Made by a program: the position numbers and the translations under genes
In this document: in pieces, positions 44,776 to 54,978 of the stretch
How the letters are laid out: every line of letters begins with the position of its first letter
Position numbering within the stretch: the stretch's first letter is position 1
Virus record (IMG/VR): IMGVR_UViG_3300025015_000009
Coordinates: 128,001 to 192,000 of that record
Origin: a virus
Taxonomy: Duplodnaviria; Heunggongvirae; Uroviricota; Caudoviricetes
Length of the DNA stretch: 64,000 nucleotides
Reading direction: 5' to 3' (one strand)
The notes under the pieces: model-generated
The model's database searches: none
The model's input: the letters and a program-made list of their open reading frames with translations, nothing else
Told to the model about the DNA's origin: nothing

Positions 44776-45554
44776 GTTGCATCCTTACTTTTAATCTTTG
44801 ACAGTGCCGATTTAAACCCGTTTAGTTTTTCGAGAATTTGTTGAGCTTTTTCTTTGTTTATACTCGTTTTCTTTGGGGAGTTAGCAGATTCCTTCGAAGT
44901 AGTGTCTTCTTGCTTTGTAGTTTGTGGTTTATCTGTTCTTGTTGTCTGCTTTTTAGCTGGGAATGGAGCCGGCGATTCATAATCAAACCCACCTTTTTCT
45001 ACTTTTGGCGCATTGTCAGGACGAGTAATTGATTTCTTAACTATCTGATCCCATGTTTCAGCAGGAGCATTTCCACTTGTGTCACCTTTAACTTGAGTCG
45101 AATTAGGTTGCGCGACCTTTGCTGGCTGTGGCTCTTTTACAGTAGACACAGTCGATGTATCGTCGGGTTCTGACTCTTTATCAGTTTCTTCTATTACTTT
45201 AACTTTAACTGCTCGTGTGCTAACTGTTGTTTCGACTGTCGGTCGTGCTTTTGTTGACGTAACGTCAAACTCAACCAACGGTTTAAACTCAATACTTTCT
45301 CTCAATGGAACAAAGTATTTTCCGTCGATTACAACCTCCAACTTCGCATCAAATTGCCCTGCTGGTAAAATACCTTTAAGTTTAGGAATCGACGCAGTTA
45401 TAGTTCCGTTGCTCTCAGTGCATTTACATACGATACCGTATGTCGGTCCTTCGATTATAAATCGAATGTCAGATGTTTTTTCAGCAGTTCCGTGTATTTC
45501 GATGCCAAATTCTACTTCGGCTGCTTCGTTTAATTCAAGTTGAGCTAGTAACAA
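44772..45554 (-). CDS. Hypothetical protein, beta-rich N-domain and low-complexity tail
   Basis: 260-aa ORF with a late promoter. Confidence 0.65.
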   Translation of the reverse strand: MLLAQLELNEAAEVEFGIEIHGTAEKTSDIRFIIEGPTYGIVCKCTESNGTITASIPKLKGILPAGQFDAKLEVVIDGKYFVPLRESIEFKPLVEFDVTSTKARPTVETTVSTRAVKVKVIEETDKESEPDDTSTVSTVKEPQPAKVAQPNSTQVKGDTSGNAPAETWDQIVKKSITRPDNAPKVEKGGFDYESPAPFPAKKQTTRTDKPQTTKQEDTTSKESANSPKKTSINKEKAQQILEKLNGFKSALSKIKSKDAT

Positions 45555-45612
45555 GATTTTTCCTTTATTGCGTTAGTGTATTTATGTGATAACAACCAAA
45601 GTTAACAACTTG

Positions 45613-46146
45613 TTAGATCGTACGAACCGGTTGAATGCATGTTAGTACAAAAACTCCTTCTGCTGCTGTTACCGTACATCTCACTTTATACGTATTCCCT
45701 GACAGACCTCCAGATAATACTTGTGTAACAACGCCGTGGTTAACAGTGGCCGATGTTGTCGCGATATTTGTTGTATCTGGGTACAATATGTTAGTTAGCT
45801 TAGTAACAGATGTTGCTGTACCTGTGCCTATTCCAGTTACAATCTCCCATTCTTCGAGAGCAAACACCGATTTTCTCGGTTTTACCCAAATTGTTCGAAG
45901 GTCGTTGTTGTATGCAAGCAAATATCCATCGTGGGTAGTCGTTAAATTTCTAACCACCTTTCCGATATCAGTTACGTCGCAGTTAACCCACCCGTCGAGT
46001 TGACTTACAATTACAACATTTTCAGTAATATCAACGATAGTCTCACATGTAACTGACACCGTTGCTATCGATTTAACGTGGTTTGAAAAGTCGAAGGTAA
46101 TCGCATACTGCTCTGCTGGGTCTTTTTCTACTAGTATATTTTTCAT
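45613..46146 (-). CDS. Putative fiber adaptor / Ig-like structural protein
   Basis: KDPAE...FDFS and LSGG.SG.TYKV.C.VT pattern. Confidence 0.55.
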   Translation of the reverse strand: MKNILVEKDPAEQYAITFDFSNHVKSIATVSVTCETIVDITENVVIVSQLDGWVNCDVTDIGKVVRNLTTTHDGYLLAYNNDLRTIWVKPRKSVFALEEWEIVTGIGTGTATSVTKLTNILYPDTTNIATTSATVNHGVVTQVLSGGLSGNTYKVRCTVTAAEGVFVLTCIQPVRTI

Positions 46147-46147
46147 A

Positions 46148-48808
46148 TTATTTAAGTGTTATTGTATTTATTGCTGACAACTTAACTATTCTATAGTCGT
46201 TCGTTGGTAACTTATCTAATACAGTCTGAAACTTATTTTCTTTTGGTACCCATTTAGCTAACACTGTTTGATTCCCCAGTAGTGGGACGATAACTGAAAA
46301 TGCACCAGATGCTCCTGCTATCACCCTGGTTTTCTTGTTTTGAACAGTGCTTCCTGTTAACGTATAGTGATGCGGAATTGTTGTTAGTGATGCATACCCT
46401 TTGTGCAACAGCACGTCGGTGCTGCTTGTTATTACTGTAGCGGGAACCGAAATTAGTATAGATGTTTGTGTGGTAGCAACAGCATTACCGTTACATGTTA
46501 AATTGCCCGACTCAGCCACTATAGTTACGACTACTGTTCTGTCTAATACAGCATCATTGGGTGTCAGGTGAACATCAGCCGATGTTGGTTGTACAATCGA
46601 GTACTTATTAATGCTAACAACCTCAGACGACAGAAGGACGCCACTGGTATCCCCTATTAGGCGCCTGGTTGTTTGCAGTAAACTATCACTGGGCGTCATC
46701 AACACTGCAACAGAGTTTCCTCTGATACCGTGCTTAACATCGAAGTCACCTACCCCAACTACCGAATAAGACGCCGGCGATGCTGTTAATGTTATGTTGT
46801 TCTTTGTTACAATTGCCCGCTGACCAGTTAGCCGCAATGCTACTGTACCAGTTGTTAATGTTCTTGGTTTAATTAAATTAACTGCCGTACCAACTAACGC
46901 AATGTTGCTTGTTACTGATACTAAATCACTATCTTCACCTAATACCGCTACTGTTCCTACCAATGAAAACGAAGTTGGGTCAGTTATTGTTTTTACTGCT
47001 GACTCACGTAGCCCTGCTCGTTGACCAGTTGCTCTGACTTCTCCTGGGGTAGTTGTTAGTGTTCTTGGTTTAACCAAATTGACTGCCGTACCAACTAACG
47101 CAATGTTGCTTGTTACTGATACTAAATCACTATCTTCACCTAATACTGCTACTGTTCCTGTTAATGCAAACGAGATCGACTCAGTTATTGTTTTTACTGC
47201 TGACTCACGTAGCCCTGCTCGTTGACCAGTTGCTCTTACCTCCCCTGGGGTAGTTGTTAATGTCCTTGGTCTTAGTAGTACATTAGACGTATAATTGGCA
47301 ACTAAATATCCATTGGCACCTACTATTTTGTGTTGGTATAATGCCTTTACACTGGTGCCTACTACTGTCATCGAACTGGATTGTACTTCACAATTCAAGT
47401 CTCTTGTTAGACCGCTTGCTGTCCCAACGAACATATAACTGTTATTGCTGGCCTGTACTGAATAGTTCTGATTAAAGAGTACTCCGCTGCCTAATAGTAT
47501 TATCGAGTTCGGCTCGTCAAGTAACATTCGAGAGTGAGTTAACGCTGCTGTATTTTCAGTTAACGAAAAATCAGCAGGTGCTGCTAGTAGGATGCGGATA
47601 GCACTCGATACATTGGGTTGGCCAATTAACTCATAATAACTGGTACTAGTCGAGCATGTATAACTAGCTATAATTTCATTGCTACTTCCTACTAGCGTAT
47701 AAGAAGATGTGACTGAGCGAACTTGCCTAGTACACTGAAGAGCAATAGTAGTTCCAGTCAACCGAATAACAGGTGGGTATTTTTTAACTGAGTTAATCTC
47801 AGATGCCTGGAATACAAATAACCCAGTTTCTGCACTAAACGGAGTATCTTTAGTTAAAGTACTGTTGCTTCCGCTAACTGTATATAAACGAGTTTCTGTG
47901 GTACATCGGTTCCCTTTGACAACAGTATTGTCAGCAAACGAAATTACAAAATTAGTAGGCTCGGTGTTTAACTCAAGCTGGTTATTTAAGTTACACGGGA
48001 TACCGTGTACTTGTATGCTCGCAGGGACTGTTATTAGCTCTGCTTTCTTTATTAACCGCAGCGGGTCAGCAACTAACGAATACTCGACACTTGCTGCGGT
48101 TAATGGTAATCCTTTTGTTAGAGCGGCGCTGGTGCCAACATACACACAGCTTCCGGTTTGAGTTCTGATTAACGACAGTTCATTTATTTTTGCCGGTGTT
48201 CCGTCTAGAGTGAACGCACCAGTGTCGCACAACGCCACACGGCCCGTCGGGGATATTATAATTACTCTTGACCTAGCAATAATAACATTAGTACCAACAA
48301 CAGCAAAGTTCACTGAGTTTGGGCGGAGGATATGATCTTCGTCTATGTCATTATTTGTACCAGTCAATACAAACGACGCCGGGGTTGATATAAGAATGTG
48401 ATCTGCGTCTATATCGTTATTTGTGCCAGTTAGTGCAAATAAAGTAGAACTGGTTGCTAACTTATAGTTAGAAATGTTTGCCGGTGTACCAGTTAATGCA
48501 AATGCCGCTGGTGTTGATGTAAGAATGTGATCTTCGTCTATGTCGTTATTTGTGCCGGTTAACGTAAACGAGGCTGAGATTGATAATAAATGTCGATTAA
48601 CAAGAGTACTAGCCGAGGTACCTGATACTGCAAATGCACCCGAGCTAATGTTTACCTTGTATTGACGTAAGGCAGCATCTGTCCCTGTTAAGACAAATAA
48701 AGGAACGACAACCGAAGTTGTCGTTTCTATGTAACTCTGTTTTAGTACTGATTCTGTGCCACTTGTAGCAAAGTTACCAGTGCCAGTGGTGATCACAAAA
48801 TCAGTCAT
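46148..48808 (-). CDS. Thr-rich repetitive fiber-like protein
   Basis: Recurrent FxLTGT units and 67-aa tandem repeats. Confidence 0.65.
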   Translation of the reverse strand: MTDFVITTGTGNFATSGTESVLKQSYIETTTSVVVPLFVLTGTDAALRQYKVNISSGAFAVSGTSASTLVNRHLLSISASFTLTGTNNDIDEDHILTSTPAAFALTGTPANISNYKLATSSTLFALTGTNNDIDADHILISTPASFVLTGTNNDIDEDHILRPNSVNFAVVGTNVIIARSRVIIISPTGRVALCDTGAFTLDGTPAKINELSLIRTQTGSCVYVGTSAALTKGLPLTAASVEYSLVADPLRLIKKAELITVPASIQVHGIPCNLNNQLELNTEPTNFVISFADNTVVKGNRCTTETRLYTVSGSNSTLTKDTPFSAETGLFVFQASEINSVKKYPPVIRLTGTTIALQCTRQVRSVTSSYTLVGSSNEIIASYTCSTSTSYYELIGQPNVSSAIRILLAAPADFSLTENTAALTHSRMLLDEPNSIILLGSGVLFNQNYSVQASNNSYMFVGTASGLTRDLNCEVQSSSMTVVGTSVKALYQHKIVGANGYLVANYTSNVLLRPRTLTTTPGEVRATGQRAGLRESAVKTITESISFALTGTVAVLGEDSDLVSVTSNIALVGTAVNLVKPRTLTTTPGEVRATGQRAGLRESAVKTITDPTSFSLVGTVAVLGEDSDLVSVTSNIALVGTAVNLIKPRTLTTGTVALRLTGQRAIVTKNNITLTASPASYSVVGVGDFDVKHGIRGNSVAVLMTPSDSLLQTTRRLIGDTSGVLLSSEVVSINKYSIVQPTSADVHLTPNDAVLDRTVVVTIVAESGNLTCNGNAVATTQTSILISVPATVITSSTDVLLHKGYASLTTIPHHYTLTGSTVQNKKTRVIAGASGAFSVIVPLLGNQTVLAKWVPKENKFQTVLDKLPTNDYRIVKLSAINTITLK
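46853..47272. repeat. ~201-nt tandem repeat (two copies plus a partial) in the fiber gene
   Basis: RTLTTTPGEVRATGQRAGLRESAVKTIT...SNIALVGTAVNL duplicated at DNA level. Confidence 0.85.
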
Positions 48809-48809
48809 A

Positions 48810-49247
48810 TTACGCTATCGTAAAGATAGTTGTGTTAGTAGTAAAGTCAACTGTAAACGTCTCAGACGCAAGCAATGTTACTGCTGATCCGTAGTTGTAC
48901 CACCCGATTAGCTCTTTGTTCGTTGCTGTGTCGTTGTATAACACCACATACTGGAACGGACCAAACCCTGTTGTAGCAGTAAACACAACGTTTGCTCCAG
49001 TGAAAGCAGATGTTCCTGTTGTATTAGTCCAGCCTTGACTGGCAACTGCTGTTCCTGTTGTTGTGTACCCGCCTGCTGTTGCCAAATCTGCTGGGCCATC
49101 AAGTGCCCCGCCGTTTGGATTATACACTGTGTTTGCCGCGGTAGGAAGGGTGTTAGTCAGGTACACTTTAATTGTGTCACTCACTAGGTTGTGTTTCTTT
49201 GCTCCCAGATCTTGTACGAACGTGTTAATTTTGTTAAATGCAGCCAT
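48810..49247 (-). CDS. Small beta-rich virion structural protein
   Basis: DTIKVYL, GGYT, VVLYNDT..LIGW, ETFTVDF. Confidence 0.65.
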   Translation of the reverse strand: MAAFNKINTFVQDLGAKKHNLVSDTIKVYLTNTLPTAANTVYNPNGGALDGPADLATAGGYTTTGTAVASQGWTNTTGTSAFTGANVVFTATTGFGPFQYVVLYNDTATNKELIGWYNYGSAVTLLASETFTVDFTTNTTIFTIA

Positions 49248-49324
49248 TTTGTTTCTCCTGTAAGTAAGTTGAATATTCCGATATTCTACTATTATTTATC
49301 GTTCTACGACATTATCGTATTGTA

Positions 49325-49810
49325 TTACTGCCCTTTGTTGATTAAATCTAAACACCCGGTTGTTCCCATTGTTTTCGACACTTCTGCCTTAAACACACAC
49401 GAGTTACACTTTGAGTCCCACCGGAGTAACATTTCTCGTAAACTAGCAATTTCTGCCTGTAGTTCAATGTTTTGTGTTCTAAACGAGCCAATTTGGGCAG
49501 TTAACGACGCAACATCTGACCCTAATTGAATGTTTTTTCGTTGGAACTCAGTTAGCTGTACTAACATCTCCTTGTTACTTGCACTCATTCTTTCCATCTC
49601 GTTACGCATCAACTCGATTATTGCTTGTTGTGCTTCTTGAGCTGCTCGTTGGGTGTCAGACCCGGCAGAATTTGCTCCGTGTTGGGCAATGTTAGACCCA
49701 TCTTTGGACCACATCGATTGTGCTCTTCGCAATCCCAATCCGCCTGTTATTAACGCTGCTACTATGCTCAGTATTATTGTTACGTCCGAGTCAAGATTCA
49801 ACAGGTTCAT
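49325..49810 (-). CDS. Membrane-anchored coiled-coil protein, possibly lysis-related
   Basis: N-terminal TM segment, heptad region, CxxC. Confidence 0.55.
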   Translation of the reverse strand: MNLLNLDSDVTIILSIVAALITGGLGLRRAQSMWSKDGSNIAQHGANSAGSDTQRAAQEAQQAIIELMRNEMERMSASNKEMLVQLTEFQRKNIQLGSDVASLTAQIGSFRTQNIELQAEIASLREMLLRWDSKCNSCVFKAEVSKTMGTTGCLDLINKGQ

Positions 49811-50286
49811 CGTAACTCACTTTCTTGTTTCATATGTAAGTTAATCGAATCTCCCGAAGTGATGTCAGGAATTTGATATCTTACCATGATCCACCAACTT
49901 GTTATTGCTAAGACAAGAGTAGTGGCACTGTCAGCCGGTGGCGGGTACACAGACAATAGTATCGACAGACAAGTTATTGTCCATAGTGCCGTCCCTACTA
50001 TTGTATCAGATAAAAACAGAAACTTAGTCTTATACCCGGCCAACATTGCCCATATCATAACGCTACCTTGCACTAAAAACAATGCTCCCCAGGTAGTTTC
50101 ACCTGCAAATTTGCTTAGTATCTGATATTCTGGGTAATGAAAAGACACCCCAGGCCAGAGTAACAACAAACCAAAGACCATTGATGACAATCCGACCCAA
50201 GCTAATGATAGCTCGGTTGAGGCGTTGAACAATAGGAACTTTGCTCTATTCAGTACGTTCCGTTTTTTTATTAAAGAATGCGACAT
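49807..50286 (-). CDS. Four-TM membrane protein, possibly holin-like
   Basis: Four hydrophobic segments. Confidence 0.55.
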   Translation of the reverse strand: MSHSLIKKRNVLNRAKFLLFNASTELSLAWVGLSSMVFGLLLLWPGVSFHYPEYQILSKFAGETTWGALFLVQGSVMIWAMLAGYKTKFLFLSDTIVGTALWTITCLSILLSVYPPPADSATTLVLAITSWWIMVRYQIPDITSGDSINLHMKQESELR

Positions 50287-50290
50287 AGTA

Positions 50291-51424
50291 TTAATTGCTT
50301 GCTACTTTTACTGACACATTAATAACTGCGGTTACCAAATTCCACGGTACTACTGCTCCAGATGCAAACTGAGTTCCTGTACCTGGAACTAATCTAGCAG
50401 TCCGGTTAGTTAGTTTAGTAACGAAGTATGTTCCGTCGGCACTGTCTGTTGCAACAATGGTCATTTCTCCTGCGGCCGACGGGGTTGCAGTAACTAAACT
50501 ACACACACCTGTTCCGTCTACTGTTTTAACTAAGAACCTATGCGAGCCAGTCTGTTTAACAATGTCGATACTTGTTCTATTTTGTCCTCCAGTTACAAAC
50601 GCCGACCCTGCTATTGCATTTTGAGTAGTAGACGATAATACTACCGACGCAAACGTAACACTCTGTGTTGGTGTTGACGTTGGTGCGGCGGTATAGCCAG
50701 AACCTGCGTTAACAATAACAACTGATTTTGCTCTGTATGTTACGGTCAGTAGTGCGCCCGCGCCGCCGGCCACTGTGGTTGTCGCTTGAGCACCACTTAC
50801 TAAGCTCTCGTATGTACCTCTTACAGCAACGGTAACTGTTGCTGCTGGTGCTGCGTCGGCGTTTACGGTGTACGTTATTCCTGTTGGTGTTCCTACCGTT
50901 GTTACTATCGCACCACCAGTACCAGATATTGCTGCTGCATATGAATTAACTAATGTAAATGTAGTTCCTGTTGTGGCTTTAACATAGTACGTTGTTGGGT
51001 CAGTATATCCTACGACCGATCCTGTTCCGCCCCAGGTGCCACTTAACGTGAGTGATTGTCCTACGTATAGAGCTGCGGCATCGCACGAAAATTCACCAGC
51101 AGTTCCTGTGATTGCTACAGTAGTTAAGGTTGCCGTTGCGGCCAACGTAGCAACAGTAAACGTTGTTCCTGCAGTACCTATCGATAGAACTTGACCGACT
51201 TGATAAGCGGCGGTTTGTGTTCCAGATACAGTAGCAGTGTCTGCTTCAGATGTGATTGTACCAGTTGCTGTTACTCCGCCTGGAATAGTTGGGTCTGAAA
51301 ATACAAAAGTCGGTCTAGTAGTATATGCTCCGAGTGCATCTAATGTAACACTCGCTACTCGTTCACCGCCTAATCCGCCAGCTACTGTATTTCCGAAATA
51401 TTTTTTATTTAATGGACGTCCCAT
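50291..51424 (-). CDS. Thr/Gly-rich structural protein, possible capsid decoration
   Basis: MGRPLNKKYFG start, GSGYT motif, downstream of the major capsid gene. Confidence 0.6.
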   Translation of the reverse strand: MGRPLNKKYFGNTVAGGLGGERVASVTLDALGAYTTRPTFVFSDPTIPGGVTATGTITSEADTATVSGTQTAAYQVGQVLSIGTAGTTFTVATLAATATLTTVAITGTAGEFSCDAAALYVGQSLTLSGTWGGTGSVVGYTDPTTYYVKATTGTTFTLVNSYAAAISGTGGAIVTTVGTPTGITYTVNADAAPAATVTVAVRGTYESLVSGAQATTTVAGGAGALLTVTYRAKSVVIVNAGSGYTAAPTSTPTQSVTFASVVLSSTTQNAIAGSAFVTGGQNRTSIDIVKQTGSHRFLVKTVDGTGVCSLVTATPSAAGEMTIVATDSADGTYFVTKLTNRTARLVPGTGTQFASGAVVPWNLVTAVINVSVKVASN

Positions 51425-51499
51425 GTTGTTTCTCCTTTATGTGATGTTCTAGATCCTACGCAGATGGGTTCTGCATAAATTCGTTGCGAACATGTATAT

Positions 51500-51823
51500 T
51501 TATGCTACCGCTGCGGAAAAGGGGGCACCTAGGAAAAACTCGTAAAATTGTTGTTTGCCTACTGTTCTAACAACTGGTCCCGAGACGTGCCAGTTATTTT
51601 GCTTTAATGGTCGAACGTGCTTATTAAACAGATACTTAACACTGTGCAATGTCGAGAACGGAATTCGAAAGTGGGCAACGGTTTGAACATTACTAGGTAA
51701 ACTCATTAGTGCATACACATCAGAGGTAAGATGTAACTCACCTAGAATATATGTGTTTATCTTTGCTGCTGTTTCAGCAACTAATTGATTTGCTGCTCGA
51801 GTTGTTGCAGTACTATAGATCAT
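51500..51823 (-). CDS. Hypothetical protein
   Basis: 107-aa ORF after TAAATA. Confidence 0.5.
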   Translation of the reverse strand: MIYSTATTRAANQLVAETAAKINTYILGELHLTSDVYALMSLPSNVQTVAHFRIPFSTLHSVKYLFNKHVRPLKQNNWHVSGPVVRTVGKQQFYEFFLGAPFSAAVA

Positions 51824-51874
51824 TAACTATTTAGTTACAATCGGGTGAATGTCTTCTGTTCAATTCTGTTCAAC

Positions 51875-51902
51875 AAAAAAAGCACCTGAAGGTGCTTTTT
51901 TT
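51875..51902. terminator. Terminator after the major capsid gene
   Basis: A7-GCACC-TGAA-GGTGC-T7. Confidence 0.85.
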
Positions 51903-51922
51903 GGTTTTGTTGCTTGTTGCTG

Positions 51923-53107
51923 TTATTGGAATGACAGCGAAGAAACGGTAATTTCTCCGAGATAATCGCCAGCGTTACCAAAGCTCGATGCAGTGTTTGT
52001 AAGTTCTACATAACCATAACGAGTTAAGAACCCAACTACTGGTTCGAAGGTTGCTGGATCCAGTACAACGCCGCTGCTCATCAATGGAACGTATGGGCAG
52101 TAGAAAGCAGCCGCATCAGTTTCGCTTGCGCCTTTGTATCCAACAAGCACCGGAGTGCTATCAGATGCATAGCTGTCTACATACACTTTCATTGCGCCAT
52201 TCAGTGTTCCTACAAACTTAGTGTTTGTTGGAGCTTCAAATGTGCCTTCTGTTGAACGAGCAAAAGCGGAAGTTGTAGCTGATTGCAATACTGTTAGTGC
52301 AACTGGTGAAACAACTGCCCAGTTACCTGCACCACGACGAGTACGTTGAGCGATCTTGTTAGCCACACGGTTGATAAGAACAGCAAGTGCAGCATGTTCG
52401 TCACCAACAAAAGTTGCAGTACCGCTAACAGTTGATTGGTCATATGCAGCTTCTGTTGCAGCAAGAGCACGTAGCGAACCTAGAACTTCTTGGTCGATTT
52501 CTACTGTGATTTCTTGAGCCAGGGCCGCCATAATTTCTGCTTCGATATCCAAACCATGCATAGCTTGTGCATCTTGTGCTGCTTCAAACGTCCAGCGAGC
52601 TGACAGTTTGCGAGTTTTTGCTTCAACAACTTGTTTGAGCAATTGCACGTTGATGCGTTTGCCTGGTGCGCCTTCTAGTGCGGCTGTATTATCAGCACGG
52701 CCAGTGGCAGTATTACCAGAGTAAGCAGTTGCAATCTTAAACGGGCTAAGAGCTTCATCTCCAGCTGCTGTGCTTGTAGCTGACCCTAGACCACTGGTAT
52801 CAGTCATAGCATCTGCATAACGTACACGCAGAGTATGGATTTGTGCAATCGGGCCAGTCATTGGTTGAACACCAATGATTTCGTTAGCAATAACAGTTGG
52901 CATCACACGTCGAATCACCGGAAGGATAACGCGATTAAGTGCAGCGATGTTGCCTGCTTGTGTTGCTCCGCCTGTTGCATTTTCTACTAGTTGTTTACGG
53001 GTATTTTCTAAAATAACACCCATTGTTGTGCGACGTGAGCCCTGCAGACCTTCCAACAGTGCATCTTTAGTTTCGCCCCAACGACTTTCTAAAAGTTTGG
53101 TTGACAT
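51923..53107 (-). CDS. gp23: Major capsid protein
   Basis: GVQPMTGP, AKTRKLSARWTFEAAQD, FYCPYVPL, TRYG. Confidence 0.97.
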   Translation of the reverse strand: MSTKLLESRWGETKDALLEGLQGSRRTTMGVILENTRKQLVENATGGATQAGNIAALNRVILPVIRRVMPTVIANEIIGVQPMTGPIAQIHTLRVRYADAMTDTSGLGSATSTAAGDEALSPFKIATAYSGNTATGRADNTAALEGAPGKRINVQLLKQVVEAKTRKLSARWTFEAAQDAQAMHGLDIEAEIMAALAQEITVEIDQEVLGSLRALAATEAAYDQSTVSGTATFVGDEHAALAVLINRVANKIAQRTRRGAGNWAVVSPVALTVLQSATTSAFARSTEGTFEAPTNTKFVGTLNGAMKVYVDSYASDSTPVLVGYKGASETDAAAFYCPYVPLMSSGVVLDPATFEPVVGFLTRYGYVELTNTASSFGNAGDYLGEITVSSLSFQ

Positions 53108-53133
53108 ATATTTTTTTCCTTTAAGTTGACCAA

Positions 53134-54246
53134 TTATTTCAGCCCGGCTAAACGCTTGAGCTCTACGACATTATCATTGCTGTTGTCGGTGTTTTCTGTG
53201 TTGGCTTGTGACCTAACAGACTTATTTCCAGTAACGGCTGAACGAGACTCATTTAAAGTTGTCTTTTCGGACAATCTTATTCCTGAATTGTTAAGCACGG
53301 CTGGCAAATACTTATCGTATGCCGACTGTAATTTCCCAGTGGATACATTTTCTAAAAGTTCAGACATAACTGCTGCCTTCTCTTTGTTTAACGGTTTAAG
53401 CAATTCGGTTAATGCAGAGTTTCTACTTGCTGACTCTTTAATTACACGAATTTCTTTTTCTTTTGATTCAGCAATCTGTGTTGCCTTAATTGTTTTTTTG
53501 ACTGTTTCAGCAAGCTGACGGTCTTTAACTTTCAGGGCGGTTCTTAGCTTGCTTATTTCTTTGTTCTCATTCAAATGAGTTAACGTGAACTCACTTGCAA
53601 AAGCTTCGAACAAACGACGACCAAACATATTTTCGCGAGCAATTTGAATATCTTCTTTTAGCTGGCTCATTTCTGAGTGAAGGTTTTTAGTAACAGATTC
53701 TTTTACTAGTTTTGCGCTTCGAGTAATGAACTTTTGTTGCATTTCGGCTAACTTCTTTTTGCCTTCTGCAACTAATCGCACCTTAGTCTCAACCACATCA
53801 CGCTTGTCTTTAGCAAACTCTGAGATTTCTTCTGATAATACTGACACTACGAACTTATCGAGTGTAGCAGCACCTTCTTTAATCAGACTTCTATCTTGAC
53901 GGAGTTCTTTTAGTTCTTCTGCTAGTTTGCTAACTAAGAACTTGTTGAATTTTTCTCCTGATTCACGAACAAAGTTTTTATACTTCACACGATCTTCTGC
54001 TAGAGCTTGTTTATCAGCGGCGAACTCTTTAATTTCACCGGATAAAGATTCGGTTACCAGTTTGTCCAGTGCTTCTACCATCACGCTTTTATCATGATTG
54101 TATCGACGAGAGAATTCTTCACGCAACTCAGAACGGGCAGTTTCTTTAGCTTCCGCTAACCTTGCTTCCCATGCTTCTGAAATTGCTTGACGAGTATCTT
54201 CGTTAATAATACCACTATCAATCAGTGGTCGAATAGCATTTAACAT
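53134..54246 (-). CDS. gp22: Prohead scaffold protein
   Basis: Charged coiled coil between gp21 and gp23. Confidence 0.85.
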   Translation of the reverse strand: MLNAIRPLIDSGIINEDTRQAISEAWEARLAEAKETARSELREEFSRRYNHDKSVMVEALDKLVTESLSGEIKEFAADKQALAEDRVKYKNFVRESGEKFNKFLVSKLAEELKELRQDRSLIKEGAATLDKFVVSVLSEEISEFAKDKRDVVETKVRLVAEGKKKLAEMQQKFITRSAKLVKESVTKNLHSEMSQLKEDIQIARENMFGRRLFEAFASEFTLTHLNENKEISKLRTALKVKDRQLAETVKKTIKATQIAESKEKEIRVIKESASRNSALTELLKPLNKEKAAVMSELLENVSTGKLQSAYDKYLPAVLNNSGIRLSEKTTLNESRSAVTGNKSVRSQANTENTDNSNDNVVELKRLAGLK

Positions 54247-54315
54247 TCGGATCTCCTATTTAAAATGTTGACGTATTAGATCAACGTTACATCTCATTAA
54301 CTGAGAATTCTTGTA

Positions 54316-54969
54316 CTACCTTAGTTTCATTTCGTTTATTAGACGAATAATCTCTTTAGATAAGAACTGCTGAACCTTCTTATCTTCGTTTAGCTCTCTT
54401 GCTAGTTCAATAGCTTTGTGTCCGTGTTTCATGTTCAGCAAACCTTCGTATATCGCTTCTGGATATGCATTTGGTGCAGACGGTTGAGCAACGATGTCTA
54501 CTGTAATAATTTCAAAATCACTAACATGGCCAGTGCTTTCGTTTACATTGCCACTTCCTCTAGACGACACACCCAGCTTAACTCCGCTTTCTATCATTGA
54601 CTTTATAATGTTGCCCATCGGAGTTGGTAGTATTTTTAACTTGCCGTATCCGTTTGGCCCATCCATGTCCATGTCTACAATCGCATGACTTACTCTATCT
54701 AAGTTAATCTTTAGGTCGTCTGGGTGATCTATTTCACCAAGTACTGGTAAGTTATTAGCAAGCTGCTCTTTGATAGTATTAACTGCCCGTTTGATTTCGT
54801 TAACTGGATATATTCTTTGGTTTGCATTCTTAACACCTCCTTGAATGAAAATACCTTTCATGTGTAGGCATTTTTCTTTATTCCCGAATGCGTCTTCAGA
54901 ATCTTCCATAAACACCAACTGCTTTGACGCAGTTGGGTTAACGTATTCATTAAGTACAAGTTTAGACAT
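54316..54969 (-). CDS. gp21: Prohead protease
   Basis: NANQRIYP, GEIDHP, GVSSRGSG, DIVAQPSAPNA. Confidence 0.95.
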   Translation of the reverse strand: MSKLVLNEYVNPTASKQLVFMEDSEDAFGNKEKCLHMKGIFIQGGVKNANQRIYPVNEIKRAVNTIKEQLANNLPVLGEIDHPDDLKINLDRVSHAIVDMDMDGPNGYGKLKILPTPMGNIIKSMIESGVKLGVSSRGSGNVNESTGHVSDFEIITVDIVAQPSAPNAYPEAIYEGLLNMKHGHKAIELARELNEDKKVQQFLSKEIIRLINEMKLR

Positions 54970-54978
54970 TATAGTCGA

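Noticed and set aside
46853-47272. DGR template/variable repeat pair
   Set aside because: In-frame tandem repeats with mostly synonymous differences, and no reverse transcriptase in the window.
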